The notes below the pieces were generated by a model. The model had not been told where the DNA came from. It saw only the letters and a list, made by a program, of their open reading frames with translations, and ran no database searches. Positions 25,860 through 38,299 of a stretch of 64,000 bases of DNA are shown one piece after another; within the stretch, counting starts at the first letter, position 1, and each line of letters opens with the position of its first letter. Source of the stretch: Camelus ferus (lineage: Eukaryota). A program made the translations under genes and the position numbers. Location of the stretch: assembly GCF_009834535.1 (NCBI RefSeq), contig NC_045697.1:14634001-14698000 (forward strand). The letters are read 5' to 3'.

Positions 25860-26605
25860 CTGCAGCAGAGATGGATGCTTGCCAATCCAACAGATGTCTT
25901 TGTCAATAACAGAATGCCAATTTTATTAGGAGTGATAATGTTCCCAGCTAAATGACTCCATGTTTCCAGATTCGATGCAGCTTGATCTAACCACGTGGTA
26001 AAGTTCAATCCCATGTGTAGAAAAAAGAAGTGATATGTAAGACTTCAGGAATGCTCCATTCCCTAAGAAGAACTACATCAGCTGGAAGGCATGCCTTGCT
26101 TGCCATCTCCTCTCTTATCTTTTCTGCTGCTTGGGATGAGAGAATGATGGCTGGAACTCCAACAGCTATGTTTGACCATGAAGGAGCTTATGAATGAAAA
26201 CCATGCTGTAGGGCAGGAGCTACTATACTCTTTGTAAATTGGCAAGAGGAATTATTTTTTAGGCTTTATGGGGTACATCGTGCCTTCATTGCATATTCTT
26301 TATTATCTGTTTGGCTTCTGTTTTATAATCCTTTAAAAATGTAATGACCATTTTTAGTTTGAAGGCCATGCTAAAATAGTCTGTGGGCTAGATCTACTTG
26401 CGGGCTGTGATTTGCTGAGCCCTGCTCTAGGCTGGTGGCGGAGAAAGAGCGAAGGGCTCCTCTCGATGGTAGAGCTGCCATGCCACCCCTTTATCAGCCT
26501 GCCTCAAAATTTCCTTTACATGAGAGATAAACTAACATCCAATGGTTTGTGTTTACTATTTCTTTGAGTTTTCAGTTACATTCAGCTAAACAAATCCTAA
26601 CTGAT
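25860..26605 (+). mobile_element. MLT1J/K-like LTR interrupted by a MER58 element
   Basis: ttcccagctaaatgactcca...atgatggctggaactccaacagctatgtttgaccatga; ends cagctaaacaaatcctaactgata. Confidence 0.7.
26214..26424. mobile_element. MER58B-like hAT-Charlie element
   Basis: cagg...tttgctgagccctg; degenerate 8-bp TSD ctgtaggg/ctctaggc. Confidence 0.7.
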
Positions 26606-27471
26606 AAATCTTCCTCAAAGAAAATGTTCTTATTGCCTCTGCCTGAGAACCTTATAAGACATTCTTCTGAGGAGGAATTCTTTACGCAAAAGTATGTAGT
26701 TGGGGGCAAATTTCAAGGACACATTTAGGAGAGAAGGCTGACATGAAGAACTTGTGGTGGCGGTCACAGAAAGACATTTTGATACATATTATTTCATTGA
26801 TAATATCAGGCAGAGATACGTTGTTTGTAGGCCTGGAAGTCAGGTTGAACAGTTTAAACTTGATTCAACAGGTAATAAAGAATACTTGTAGGACAGAAGA
26901 AAGCCATGGTTCAGAAGCAGTCACTGGTTAGGGATGTATGCTGGACTGGAACACGGAAGCCCCGTGCTGATAATCCTGGAGGTTTAACACTTGAAAGTTT
27001 GACAATGGGAAGACAAAGCTAATTTTGAGAGACGTAACACACGTAGGGGCAGGATATGTAGACCGGCATTTGTTAAATAAACGTATATGAGCATTAGGAG
27101 AGGAGGGCGAAGCCCAGTGTAGCTACAGGTATTAAAACCTCCGATCTCACAACTCCCACAACAATTTGTAGCTGCCTTACTCACCTACATGTGTTTTTTC
27201 TATATTGTAGTTATTTCAGCAGAATAATTAATGTTCCAAAACCAAAAAGTCATCTGTGATCTGACATAATTTTATATCATTTAGTTGAATTTCCTAATCT
27301 CTTTCAATGAATAGATAAGAAAATTCAATTCCTAGCTACATATTCTTTATTGTATCCAGATCAATAGACTGACTCAACAACCTCTCCCACATTTTAAAGA
27401 AGACAGTATGTGCCAAACGCTAAGGGCTCTACATATACTCCTTTTAGTCCTCATGACAATCCCATGAAAAA

Positions 27472-27894
27472 TGTGTGGCAGAGAAGGTCAGCTGCCTGCA
27501 AAAGGTCACCTTCGATGGTGTAGAATCGTTACTGGGGAAAAGCTAGCTAGGAACTGCATTTCCCTGTGTCTACGGCACTTAAATGAAGCCTTGTCACTGG
27601 ATTTTACCAGTGAATGTGAGCAAGAGTGTTGTTTATCACTTCTGGGTCAAAAAATCAGGAAAGATATTCTTCAAAAATAATTTTTTTTTGATCACCAGCT
27701 GAATATAGCAGCTCTAGAGGTAGACTCCAAAGAGACCGTAGGGGAAGATGAAGCCATGAGTTGGAGAAACACTGAGCGCTACTAGGAGAGCCGCCTGACA
27801 CGTCCAAACTGTGATATGAATGAGAACTACACATCAACTTTCTTAAGCCATTGATACTTCTGAATCAAATGTGACCTGCTCCAACTGGCATACA
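27472..27894 (+). mobile_element. MLT1H/I-like LTR inserted into an antisense MIR (about 27400-28030)
   Basis: tgtgtggcagaga...tgcatttccctg...tgtgagcaagagtg...aagcca...taca; MIR halves gtcctcatgacaatcccatga and aagattaagtaactttcctaa flank it. Confidence 0.65.
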
Positions 27895-28205
27895 GGGTGT
27901 TACTAATATTACCTTTTATACACATGGAAATAAGAATTTGGAAGATTAAGTAACTTTCCTAAAATATTAAGTGGCCAAACTGGGATTAGATCATGGATTA
28001 TATCATTTCAGAGTCCATACTCCTAACCATTGCTCAAATTCACCCCCATTTTATGACCATTTGGTGCTATTGTTTCTATAAGCTAGAAGTAAATTCTAAA
28101 ATGCTGCATTTTAAGGTGTGTAGTCCATGTTCACAAAGCCCCACAGCCAGATAATATGGTCATATGCATTCCTAGTGGGTAATGTGCATTTCACTTAAAA
28201 AGTAA

Positions 28206-28319
28206 TGTATGTATGTATGTGTATGACTGAGCATTATGCTGTACGCCAGAAACTGACACAACATAGTAAACTGACTATGCGTCAACCAAAAATAAAAAAT
28301 AAAAAACCTGAAATTTAAA
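28206..28319 (+). mobile_element. 5'-truncated lineage-specific L1 3' tail
   Basis: tgtatgactgagcattatgctgtacgccagaaactgacacaaca...A-rich tail; TSD aaaaagtaa at 28197-28205 and 28320-28328. Confidence 0.85.
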
Positions 28320-28837
28320 AAAAAGTAACATTTGCTTTAAGGGATCAAATGATCTGGGATTTGATATTTTGCTCCAAGTTTAACTCATAATTGCCGTCTC
28401 AGTTTTTCTCATTGATGGTGTAATATGACTTGGGGGGAAAGCATAAGAACTGAGTTCTCAGAACTACCTGGACCAGAACATGATCTATACAACTTTCAGC
28501 AAGACACAGAACCTCTGTGAGCCTTAGTTTTTTCTCTGCAAACAACAGGTCAAATCATCAGCTTCTTAGGATTATTCTGAATATTAGAAATAATGATGAA
28601 AATCCTAATGAGTTACTCTGGATAGAGTAGATGATTACTTAATTTGAGCAAGAACTATTTTTGAATGCTGATTATATGCAAGACACCATTTAAGACACTA
28701 AGAATACAACAACTAACAAAACAGACCAAAATATCTGCCTATTTGCACTAAATATATTGCATTTCATTATATTTTTCTAGCAGTCCATAATAAAATAAAT
28801 TACCATTTAGCAATTCAATTCTGACAAAGATGGAATA

Positions 28838-28895
28838 ACACCAGAAATTGACACAGTAAACTGACTATATTTCAATAAGTATATATATATATAAA
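28838..28895 (+). mobile_element. Very short lineage-specific L1 3' tail
   Basis: acaccagaaattgacacagtaaactgactatatttcaataa followed by (TA)n. Confidence 0.75.
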
Positions 28896-28919
28896 TTTTT
28901 TAATAGATACTGAGAGAGC

Positions 28920-31105
28920 AGAGCACTTGCTAAAACTCCAACATCCATTCCTAATGAAGACTCTCAGAAAACAAGAACAAAAGGAAACTTCCTCAGCCTG
29001 ATCAAAAGAATCTTTGAAAAACCTACTGCAACTTAATGATGAAAAACTGAATGCTTTCCTTCTAACATCAGCAATAAAAGGATATCTGCTCTCATTTCTT
29101 CTATTCAACATTATAGTGCAGCTTCTAGTCAGTGCAGTCAGAAAAAAAAAAAGAAGAAAAGAAAGAAAGGAAGGAAGGTAGGAAACAAGGAGGGAAGGTA
29201 TTATGATTAAAAATAAAGAAGTAAGCCTGTCTTTACTCAATGATAATATAACTATCTATGAATAATCTCAAAAAAACTGCATAAAAAGCAAACAGAAATA
29301 ATAACAACTTAGTGTAATGCAAAAACATATCAATATAAAAATCACTTGCATTTCTTTATACTGATGTTAAACAATAAGAAATTGAAATAAAACAATATTA
29401 TTTATAATAGCATCACAAATTGAAAGCTAAATAATGCTAAGGTTAATTTTCCCCAAGATGACATAAATTCAACACAATCAAAATCAAATTCACAGAAGGC
29501 TTTTATTTTCTGGTAGAAAGCAACAAGCTGATTCCAAATTCCTATGGAAATTCAAAGAATCTATAATAGCCAAGGATATTTGAAAAGAACAAAGTTGGAG
29601 GAATAACACTACCTAATTTCAAAACTTACTATATAGCTAAAATCATCAATACAGTGTGGTATGTCAGTAAGACCACACACACAGATCAATGGGATAGCAA
29701 CAGATCACCAAATAAGTGGAAAATTGATTTTTAATAACACTGCAGGCAAGTCAATTAAGAAAAGATAGTCTTTTTGACAAATTATACTAAACAATGAGAT
29801 ATCCATAAGAAAAACAATACCTTCAATCCTTACCCCACACGATATACAAAAATTACCTCAAAATGGGTCATAGATTTCAAGGTAAAATCTAAAACTATAA
29901 AATTTCTAGAAGAAGTCTTAGTGATCATAGATTTGGCAAAGATTTCCTAGATATAAAAACAAAAGCATAATCTATTATAGAAAGAAATACGTTAAGTTTG
30001 ACTTCATCAAATCTAAAACTTCTGTTCTTTGAAAGACACTAAGAGAAGAAAATACTTAGAAAACATACATAGGGGGAAAATAACTTGTACCCACAATAAG
30101 TAAAGAACTCTTAAAACAGTAGTAATAAAACAACCCATTTTAAGAATGGGCAAAGAATATGAAAATGAATATATGTATGCTCATGTATGACTGAAGCACT
30201 GTGCTGTGCACCAGAAATTGACACAACATTGTAAACTGACTATACTTCAATAAAAAATATATATATACAGGGGAAAAAAAGAATGGGCAAAAGCTTTGAG
30301 CAGATAGTTTACCAAAGAGATACACAGGTGGCATATTAGCACATGTAAACTGCTCAGTATCATTAGTTAGTAGGAAAATGCAAATTCACACCGTAATTAG
30401 ATACCTTTACACTCCTAGCAAGTTGGCTAAAATTAAATTGTGATCATACCAAGTGTTGATGAGGAGGTAGAGCAACTAGAATTCTCATAAGCTGCTAGAA
30501 AAACTGTTGAAAAACAGTTTAATTGCTTTTAAAAGATTAAACATACACCCATCATATGGTCCATCCCACTCCTAGGGATTTACCTGGGAGAAAGAAAACA
30601 TACAGGCGTACAAAGGCTGGTGCACAAATGTTCGTATCAGCATGATTCCTAATAGCCCTGAATTGGAACAACCTCAAATATTCAAGAAGAAGTGAATGGA
30701 TAAACTGTTGCATACCTGCACAATGGAATACCACTCAGCATTAAAATGAATGATCTACTGATACACACAACAAGGAATCCCAAAATAATCATGCAGAATG
30801 TAAGAAACCAGGTAAAAAAGTATACACTGTATAACCCCTACTAATTAACACTACAAAAATGAATTAATGTAGTTCATATAGAAAACAGACCCAAGATTGC
30901 TTGCAGGAAGTGGTGGGGAGGCCAGGAGTGAGAGATTACACAGAGATACGAAGAAACTTTTGAGAGTGATGGATGTATAGGTTCACCGCTTTGACTGAAA
31001 TTATTTCATGGGTATTTGCATACAACAAAACATCATATTAAACACTTTAAAGATGTTCAGTTCATTGAATGTCAGTATTCTTTAATGTAAAAATACAAAA
31101 CAAAA
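28920..31105 (+). mobile_element. Ancient L1 (L1MC/MD-type) ORF2 3' part and 3' UTR, heavily decayed
   Basis: aaaactccaacatccattcct...gaaaaactgaatgctttcc...aagaacaaagttggagga...aaaactataaaatttctagaag...atggataaactg...atggaataccactcagca. Confidence 0.9.
30155..30278 (+). mobile_element. Young L1 3' tail nested in the old L1
   Basis: Perfect 13-bp TSD aagaatgggcaaa at 30142-30154 and 30279-30291; body tgtatgactgaagcactgtgctgtgcaccagaaattgacacaacattgtaaactgactatacttcaataaaa. Confidence 0.92.
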
Positions 31106-31859
31106 AGAATTATCATTTAGGATTTTTTAAATATATTATAGATCCATCAAATTCCCTGCTTCCCACCATTCACTCCAGCATTTGCATGAGGGCTGGAGAT
31201 CGCTTTGGTGTGTGGCAACAATGAGTGTCCCTCTACTTTCCAGTGCTAAAAATTCACTTCTTAAAAAATTGTGAGAACGTAAACAGATTATGCTTAATGT
31301 TTATTTGCTGATATTTTCTCCAACACTGACATTCAAAGAATTACTGCCCCTCAAAGATTAGTGAGTCACTGGCCATCAGTAGTCACTTTTATTTAACACT
31401 TATTTACAAAATTATAAATTGATCATACGTTCATGACTAAGAAAAATTCAAATTATACTCCAGTGCAGAATGCAAAGTACAAGTCCTCCTGTTCACCTCT
31501 TACTTCTAAATACATCTTTAACAATGAAGCTGAGATGACAAAGATGATGAACTGCCATTTCCAGTTCTTACCAACAATTGCATTCACTTATTTTCTTTTG
31601 TGAACAGGAAAGCACTTAGGTGGAAATTATGCAGTGATTCATGGTCATGGGGAAGACTGCTGGTACCTTGATGAAGCCACGTCAACGTCCTCAGAAAATC
31701 AGTGTCCTGTCACTCCTAGCTATTATGATCACAAAGCTGGACTGCTTTAAACCGCTTTGCCTTTTAGGTCGTAAATTTTTTTTTTTAATAAAGGTTATCT
31801 TCTAAAGGGAGTCTTTGGCCATTTGCTTGATCAGGGGAACGTAATTTAAAAAAAAATCA

Positions 31860-31975
31860 GAAAAAGAAAGAGGAAGGAAGAAAGGAGCGAAGGAGGGAAG
31901 GAAAGAAGGAAGGAAGGAAGGAAGGAGGGAGGGAAGGAAGGAAGGAGGGAAAGAAGGTAGGCAGGCAGGTAGGCT
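31860..31975. repeat. (GGAA/GGAG)n polypurine microsatellite
   Basis: gaaggaaggaaggaaggaaggagggagggaagg... Confidence 0.95.
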
Positions 31976-32064
31976 AGTTTCCTATATTAGAGCAGTTTGC
32001 TTTTAATCATTGCCTTTATCCCAGCCATGTTTGGTGATGAGATGTTACTGACTGGGAATTCTTT

Positions 32065-32331
32065 TTTTTTTTTTTTTTTCCCATTTATTTATTTATTTAT
32101 ATATTTTTTTTAACTTTTTTTATTGATTTATAATCATTTTACAATGTTGTGTCAAATTCCAGTGTAGAGCACAATTTTTCAGTTATACATGAACATATAT
32201 ATATTCATTGTCACATTTTTTTTCTCTGTGAGCTACCATAAGATCTTGTGTATATTTCCCTGTGCTATATAGTATAATCTTGTTTATTTATTCTACAATT
32301 TTGAAATCCCGTCTATCCCTTCCCACCCTCC
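32065..32331 (-). mobile_element. Young L1 3' tail (antisense) with long poly-T
   Basis: tttacaatgttgtgtcaaattccagtgtagagcacaatttttcagttatacatg...ttccctgtgctata; TSD gggaattcttt / gggaatccttt. Confidence 0.9.
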
Positions 32332-32729
32332 GGGAATCCTTTATCTTTGGGGACAATGGCCACAGAGACAGTCTTAGAGGTGGTGTCAGGGAATCAATTT
32401 TCTGACCCTAGCAGCCCTCCATGAAGAGTACTGAACTCTGTCTAACACACCTCCTGTACCATGATGGCTGTGGTGGGCCCTCGGCCTCAGGTACACCAGA
32501 GAGAGGTGCCCATACCTAGAAAAGACTCTGTGCAAAGGCACCCTGGGTCTCTACTCCCAGGCTAGAGAGCCTCCAGAAATGGATATGCAGAGGAAAGACA
32601 GTTTTAGAAGTCATCTTAATTGATTTTTCTTCTCCATCCAGAGACCCATTATCTTAAGGTAGATGGAGGCTTATTTTCCAACATTCTCAAAGAATAATCA
32701 AACAACTTCTTAGATTAAGAAGATAACAG

Positions 32730-32906
32730 CTCACAGTGAAAAAAAAGAATGCAACAATGAATATATGCATGTTCATGTATAACTGAAAAATTGTGCTTTA
32801 CATTGGAATTTGACACAACATTGTAAAATGACTATAACTCAATAAAAATGTAAAAAAAAAAGAAAAAAGAACGTAAAGAATAAAAAAAAAAAAAAAAGAG
32901 AGAGAC
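32730..32906 (+). mobile_element. Young L1 3' tail with long A tail
   Basis: gttcatgtataactgaaaaattgtgctttacattggaatttgacacaacattgtaaaatgactataactcaataaa; TSD gataacag at 32722-32729 and 32907-32914. Confidence 0.88.
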
Positions 32907-34737
32907 GATAACAGTGTTTATGGAGTTCCCATTATCTACATCCCCTAGTTCCAACACAATTAGTAATTTTGTATTTGTAAACATTATATCTCAAGACCAC
33001 ATTATCCTGAAAAAGGACAGTGGGGTCAAGACAAGAATTATCAAACAGCATATCTGCCTTGGCCCTCATTGTCTCTGGCAGGATATCTACACCACCTCTT
33101 TTAAACATGACTTGCAAGTATCCTGCGAGTTTTCTGGTGTATGTCATATATGTTCACAAATACAATCATCTTAGCTGCTGAGAAACACCTGATGGCTTCC
33201 TACTCTTTGCTCAGTCTCTCTTTCAACTATGACTGTTATTAGAGCTGCTGACAGTCATAAAATACAGCTAAACCACTTCTGTTTTGCCTACAGCATCAGG
33301 AATGTTGGACACACAGGTAAATTTATGTAAAAAACCTTCTTTACTTAAAGCTGATGTATGAGTGTGTCAAGTCAGCCTATACCTACAGCTTAGAACACAC
33401 ACGGCACTCTAACCAGGAATTAGAACTCCAGAGATGATTGCTTAAGCACTTTGAATGATGTTATTAAACTCTACACCAGATGGTTTGTTGGCAAAATAGT
33501 AGGGAAAAAAAAGTCTCTTTGAATAAATGCAGGCTCAATGCTACCAAATTTGGGCACAGACTAAGAAGTTTTTTGTTTGGTTCTATTTATTTTTGTGGTG
33601 TTAGATTTTATATTTGCTTTTTCAGTGCAGTCCTCTCTCCATAGTCCTAAGATATATGAACTTAGTTCTAAACTGAAAGACCAGAGCGGCTGGCCCCACG
33701 TGATACTCAAACACTCTCTCATCCTCTGGCCCTGATTTTTTAGATTCAAAGTCTTTTGGACATCTCTACACTTTCTTACTTTAAAAGTTATTTTCGGGAA
33801 GAACCCTGGTTCTCTTAAGCAATTAGACCCCTGTTAGGCCTGTGCTATGATGCCTGCAAGCATCCCCCACATAGCAGGGAGGAACACCCCTACCTTACTT
33901 CCACAGAGAGAAATGGAATTTTTTCTATATATTCAGAGTCTAAGTGACTAGGGGTTCAAATAAACAGAATGTAGGAAAAGAAGGAATCTTGAAATTAAAA
34001 GTATCTTCAAGGAAATATCAAATTATATTTAGTAGAGCTTTACCACTGAGACTTATTTTTGTAAATTGCCCTGACTCCCCCATTCATGGAGTTCTGTGTG
34101 AAGAAACTTAAAATCATACGTTAAATATGGTAGATCTTTCTTTAGCATCAATTTTATCAAGCTATTTTTGGCAGGATGAAGAATAGGTTTTGTTTTATTT
34201 TTAATAAATATAACCATAAGTATACTATGGATCAGAGTGCATAGTTGGCTTGGGTTTCTAACAGAAGTCTTTGAAGAAATTTTGCATGTGTGGTCAGCCA
34301 CTAGTTCAAGCCCCCAAACCTCTCTGGAAAATTTAGATAAATATTAAAAATATCACACTTGGGACTGTTAATAGACATAAAAGCTTTTTTACCCAAATAC
34401 GAATTTTTTTATATTTTAATTTTAAAACATTAATCCCTGGGATTGAGGCAGAGTAGGAGCAGGGGAAAGGAAGATCATCGGTTTCAAAGAATAAAGAGGC
34501 CACAAAAATCAACACTAATAAATGTAGTTTGGACCTAGTGGAACCTGAACTTAACTGCAGATGATACGTGGTATATATTGTAGTTGTGTGTTTTAAATTT
34601 AATTGCCGGAATTTTATTGGACATGTGGAAAACAAAACACCAAAATTAACTTTAAAATACATTTATAATGTTTATAATGCGTCTATGGCTTATGTATCAG
34701 CTGAAATACATTTTCCACATGTAAAAGGTAAATCTCT

Positions 34738-34756
34738 CCTTTTATGGATATAAAAG
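34738..34756 (+). promoter_or_regulatory. CArG box (SRF consensus) abutting TATAAAA
   Basis: ccttttatgg = CC(A/T)6GG, followed by atataaaa; motif match only. Confidence 0.2.
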
Positions 34757-35519
34757 TTTGAGTCATATTTCTAATCTTTAATTCATGGTCAGATATTTCC
34801 TAAACCTCCGACAGCTGTATTTAACCGAGAGTAGACTTAATTTTTAAGTGGAAAAACGGCTTATGAGGTAGAAACAAGCTTTGCCTTAATATGCCAACTA
34901 TTTTTCTTTCCTGAGCTTTAACTTGTAATCCTGAGGATGGCAATATTTTTCAGTTCAATTGCCCTCAATAAGTAAGGTGTCAACTGGTCCAGGTTTGAGT
35001 TACAAATAAATCTACACAAATGCTTCCATTTTCTTTATTGATTCTTTTTGCAAACTTCTAATTATGCTTTCAGGTGGCCAAATCCAACTGCAACCACTGC
35101 AAAGTGAATTTATCTAAATCATTGGGATAAAGGAGTCTTATCTAGTACGAAATAGTGAACAACGTTTTCCTAAAACAACTGTTAACAAGCCCCTACACAG
35201 TCACCTATGTAGACTCAATAAGAGCAAATTTTGCAGAACAAAACAGTGCCCTGTACTGACAAAGGATTCCTTCTCCTTGCTAGAGACATTAAAGAGTTCC
35301 CAAAGTAGGGCTGCTCTTGGGCAGCTACAGCCAAGCATCAGTCCTTAGTGGGCAGTTTTTAAACCATCATACTTGTAATTGGCATGAAGATGTGTCCACA
35401 TACTATATAAAAGCTGAATGCATTTTTTGAAGAGTTGAGAAGATCAAAAGTCATGCAGAATCACCGGGTCAGGAGAATCCAGGACTCACAAAATTGCACA
35501 AAAAAGGGTAGGGATTAAG

Positions 35520-35725
35520 AACACGGATTTAGGGTCAGAAAGTCTGGACTTGAGCCTGACCCTTCTTCTAGCTTGGGGCCCTTTGCCAGGTCACCAAACA
35601 ATTGCTTATTTGTAGAGTAGGGACAGTCATCATTAGCTCCATGCTTCCCGGGCAGAATAAATGTGATAATGCACGCAGAGGGGCTTAGAGCACTTGGCTC
35701 TCAGTATCTGCTCAGTTAATGGTGG
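35520..35725 (+). mobile_element. MIR
   Basis: gggtcagaaagtctggacttgagcctg...aataaatgtgataatgcacgcagaggggcttagagcac. Confidence 0.65.
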
Positions 35726-36384
35726 CTCTTCCAAGATTCCGAATACTGGTAGCGAGCTGACATTTCTACAAGAGCTTTTCTCCTTTCTTTGGGCAACTGG
35801 GAACGTATGCCCTGCAAACTCTGATCATTTAATCAATATAACTTAATTTAGAATAGCTATCTAAATTTCCTAAGAGCCAACATCTAGTGATAACTTACTA
35901 TGTACCAGGCTCTACTCAGAATGTTTTAATTGAATTAATTTATTTAATATTCACATTAACTATATAAGGTAGGAACTAATATGTTATTTTACAGAGAAAC
36001 ATAACACAGTTGGAGGATTGCCTTGTATTGCAAAATTAGTGGGAGATCTCAGAGCTGCAAAAGATAGGCTCAGAATGCAGAAAATCTAACACATGAACAC
36101 ATATTCTATTGCCTCTCCTACTGGGATGTAATGCCTTTATAGGAAAGATAATTATGAATGCTTCTTTGAAGCCCTGTAAGCACTCAACATGGTGTCCTGG
36201 TATCGCATACATACTGGTCTTCAAGAAGCTCTCCATTTACTTAAGGAGATTGAATGTGCACAGATAATAAAACACAATACCATTTATAAAACCCTGCTCT
36301 GTTCCAGGTATTGGATTCAGTGCATTTTTGACCTCGTTTAATCCTCAAACTGACTTCACACCGTAGGTGAGCTTACTCACAGGT

Positions 36385-36905
36385 AATACTCAGTGGTTCC
36401 AGTTGTAAATACAGACTCCACTTGTAGTGAGTTAGAGCAAAAACAGATTTCATAAAAGGATATTCATTAGCTCTGAGTATTACTGAGAGAGTGGTAGCAC
36501 CATTCTTGAGTGACTCTTGGGTGACTCCGATTCAGTGCCCGACCGCACCCCCAGGACTGCTGCCGGGAGCAGCATGGAGACTTGCACAGCTAACGCTGGC
36601 CACCTAAATACCCAGCGCGTCCCTCCTTGGAGCCTGAGTGACTCTACCATCACCCTCGACAGAAGTGCATTCTTAGCGGCACCTGTTTCCTCACATTCAA
36701 ATCAAAGTCTTGTGATGGTGCACGATTGACGGAGGATTAGGTCAGATGTCTGAGCCCTAGCTGCAAGGGAAGCTGAAAAGTGAGTGTGTAGTTTAAATTT
36801 GGAGAGGGATCCTCATAAGACGGGGATTCTCCAATTACAGGAAAGGTATTTTTAAAAGTTCTAGGCAAGAAAAAAAAAAATAAAACCACACTTGGAACAT
36901 ATCCA
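36385..36905 (-). mobile_element. Old MLT1 (K/L/N-type) LTR inserted into an antisense MIR
   Basis: ggttccagttgtaaatacagactcc...attaggtcagatgtctgagccctagctgcaagggaagctgaaaagtgag; MIR resumes at cctccattttacagatgagg (36911). Confidence 0.6.
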
Positions 36906-38299
36906 CTGTGCCTCCATTTTACAGATGAGGAGGAGAGTGTGGCTCAGAGGTTAGATCCTCTATTCCACATCGCACGTGTAGCAAGCAGCATACTGGCGTA
37001 GATCTGACTGTCTCTGGCTGTTGTTACACCACTCGAGGTTGTCTCCCACACAAACAAAGAACAGGACTGTTTATCTGAGTGGTGCAAACAGTCAGCAACG
37101 ATGGAAGTTCAGAGAAGGAAGGCTCTCTTCTCTGGGGTGATCCCAAAAGGCCCTTGGGAAGAAACATCATTTGGACAGCTTTCTAGAATTCTAACGACAA
37201 GACAATAAGAAATCAATTTTAGGAATGATTTAGTTCACATCCTTCTATGGAGGAGGAAAACTGAAGCTCAAAGAAAAAAACTGTTTTGTCCATGATTATA
37301 GCCTCTTAGTGAATGTAGCTTAAAACCCAAGCATGTGACAGTAGGTCCAGTACTATGTGCAGAGAGCTGCTGACCTCAGCTGGGTGAGTTCACTTCCTAA
37401 ATCGTATCTCCAGCAGAACTGTGACTGGACTTTCTTCGAATTGATAAGCAGAGTAGGAGAGAAAAGAAACTCACAATGCTGCAATCTGAACAAAGAAGAA
37501 AGACTTCTATTTTGTATGTGGTTTCTCATCGAATATTTCTTGCCCAGCTGCACCCAAGGAGGTAAAAGTTCTTGCTTATGACAAAGAGCTTTTCTTGTCT
37601 CTGTACACTCCACTCATTTTCTGCTAATGCCAAGTATAGAAGGCAGGGAAAAAAAAGGTCGGCGGCTGCCTTCTGCTTAATGGGTCACTGAGTCCTTAAG
37701 TGCTCACATGGCCTGTCCCAGAAAATGTCAGATTGCCCCCTTATAACTCTTAGTTGGCTGTTAGTTGAATGGCTCTATTGTCCAGTCAATAGGTCCACTC
37801 AACTTTTGCTTCTCTTTTTAACACACACACAGTCAACAAACTTGGGCACAAAATAATGGAAAGGCTGACCTCTCTGTTTTATGGACAGGGTGACTATACA
37901 GGTGTGTCTTCTTTGGCCTTAGGCATGATGAAGTTTCTGAGAAGAAGTTTGCTATTTTAGGAAAATCAAAGGCTTGGAGGTTAGACAGTCCTGTGGTTAA
38001 ATCACAGCTCTACCGCTCCTGATGTGTGACCTTGGACTAAAGATTTAGACTGTCTGAGACACAATTTGATTCTCTGCAAGATTAGAAATAATGTCAGTAC
38101 TTGACATTTATTAGTGATTTGTTATGCATGAGAAATGATCAGTTTTACCCTTTATTTTACTTACTCCTTTAACCAAAACTGGTCTCATCTGATAAGCTTT
38201 CATCACCTTTCCAGCATTTGATGTTTACATGATAAGTGCTATGCATAAAAATGCATTAGTAATATTAATGCACGTAATTTTCAGAAATTTCCTGAAGAT

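Noticed and set aside
28872..29240. 122-aa hydrophobic minus-strand ORF
   Set aside because: Antisense reading of A-rich L1 sequence
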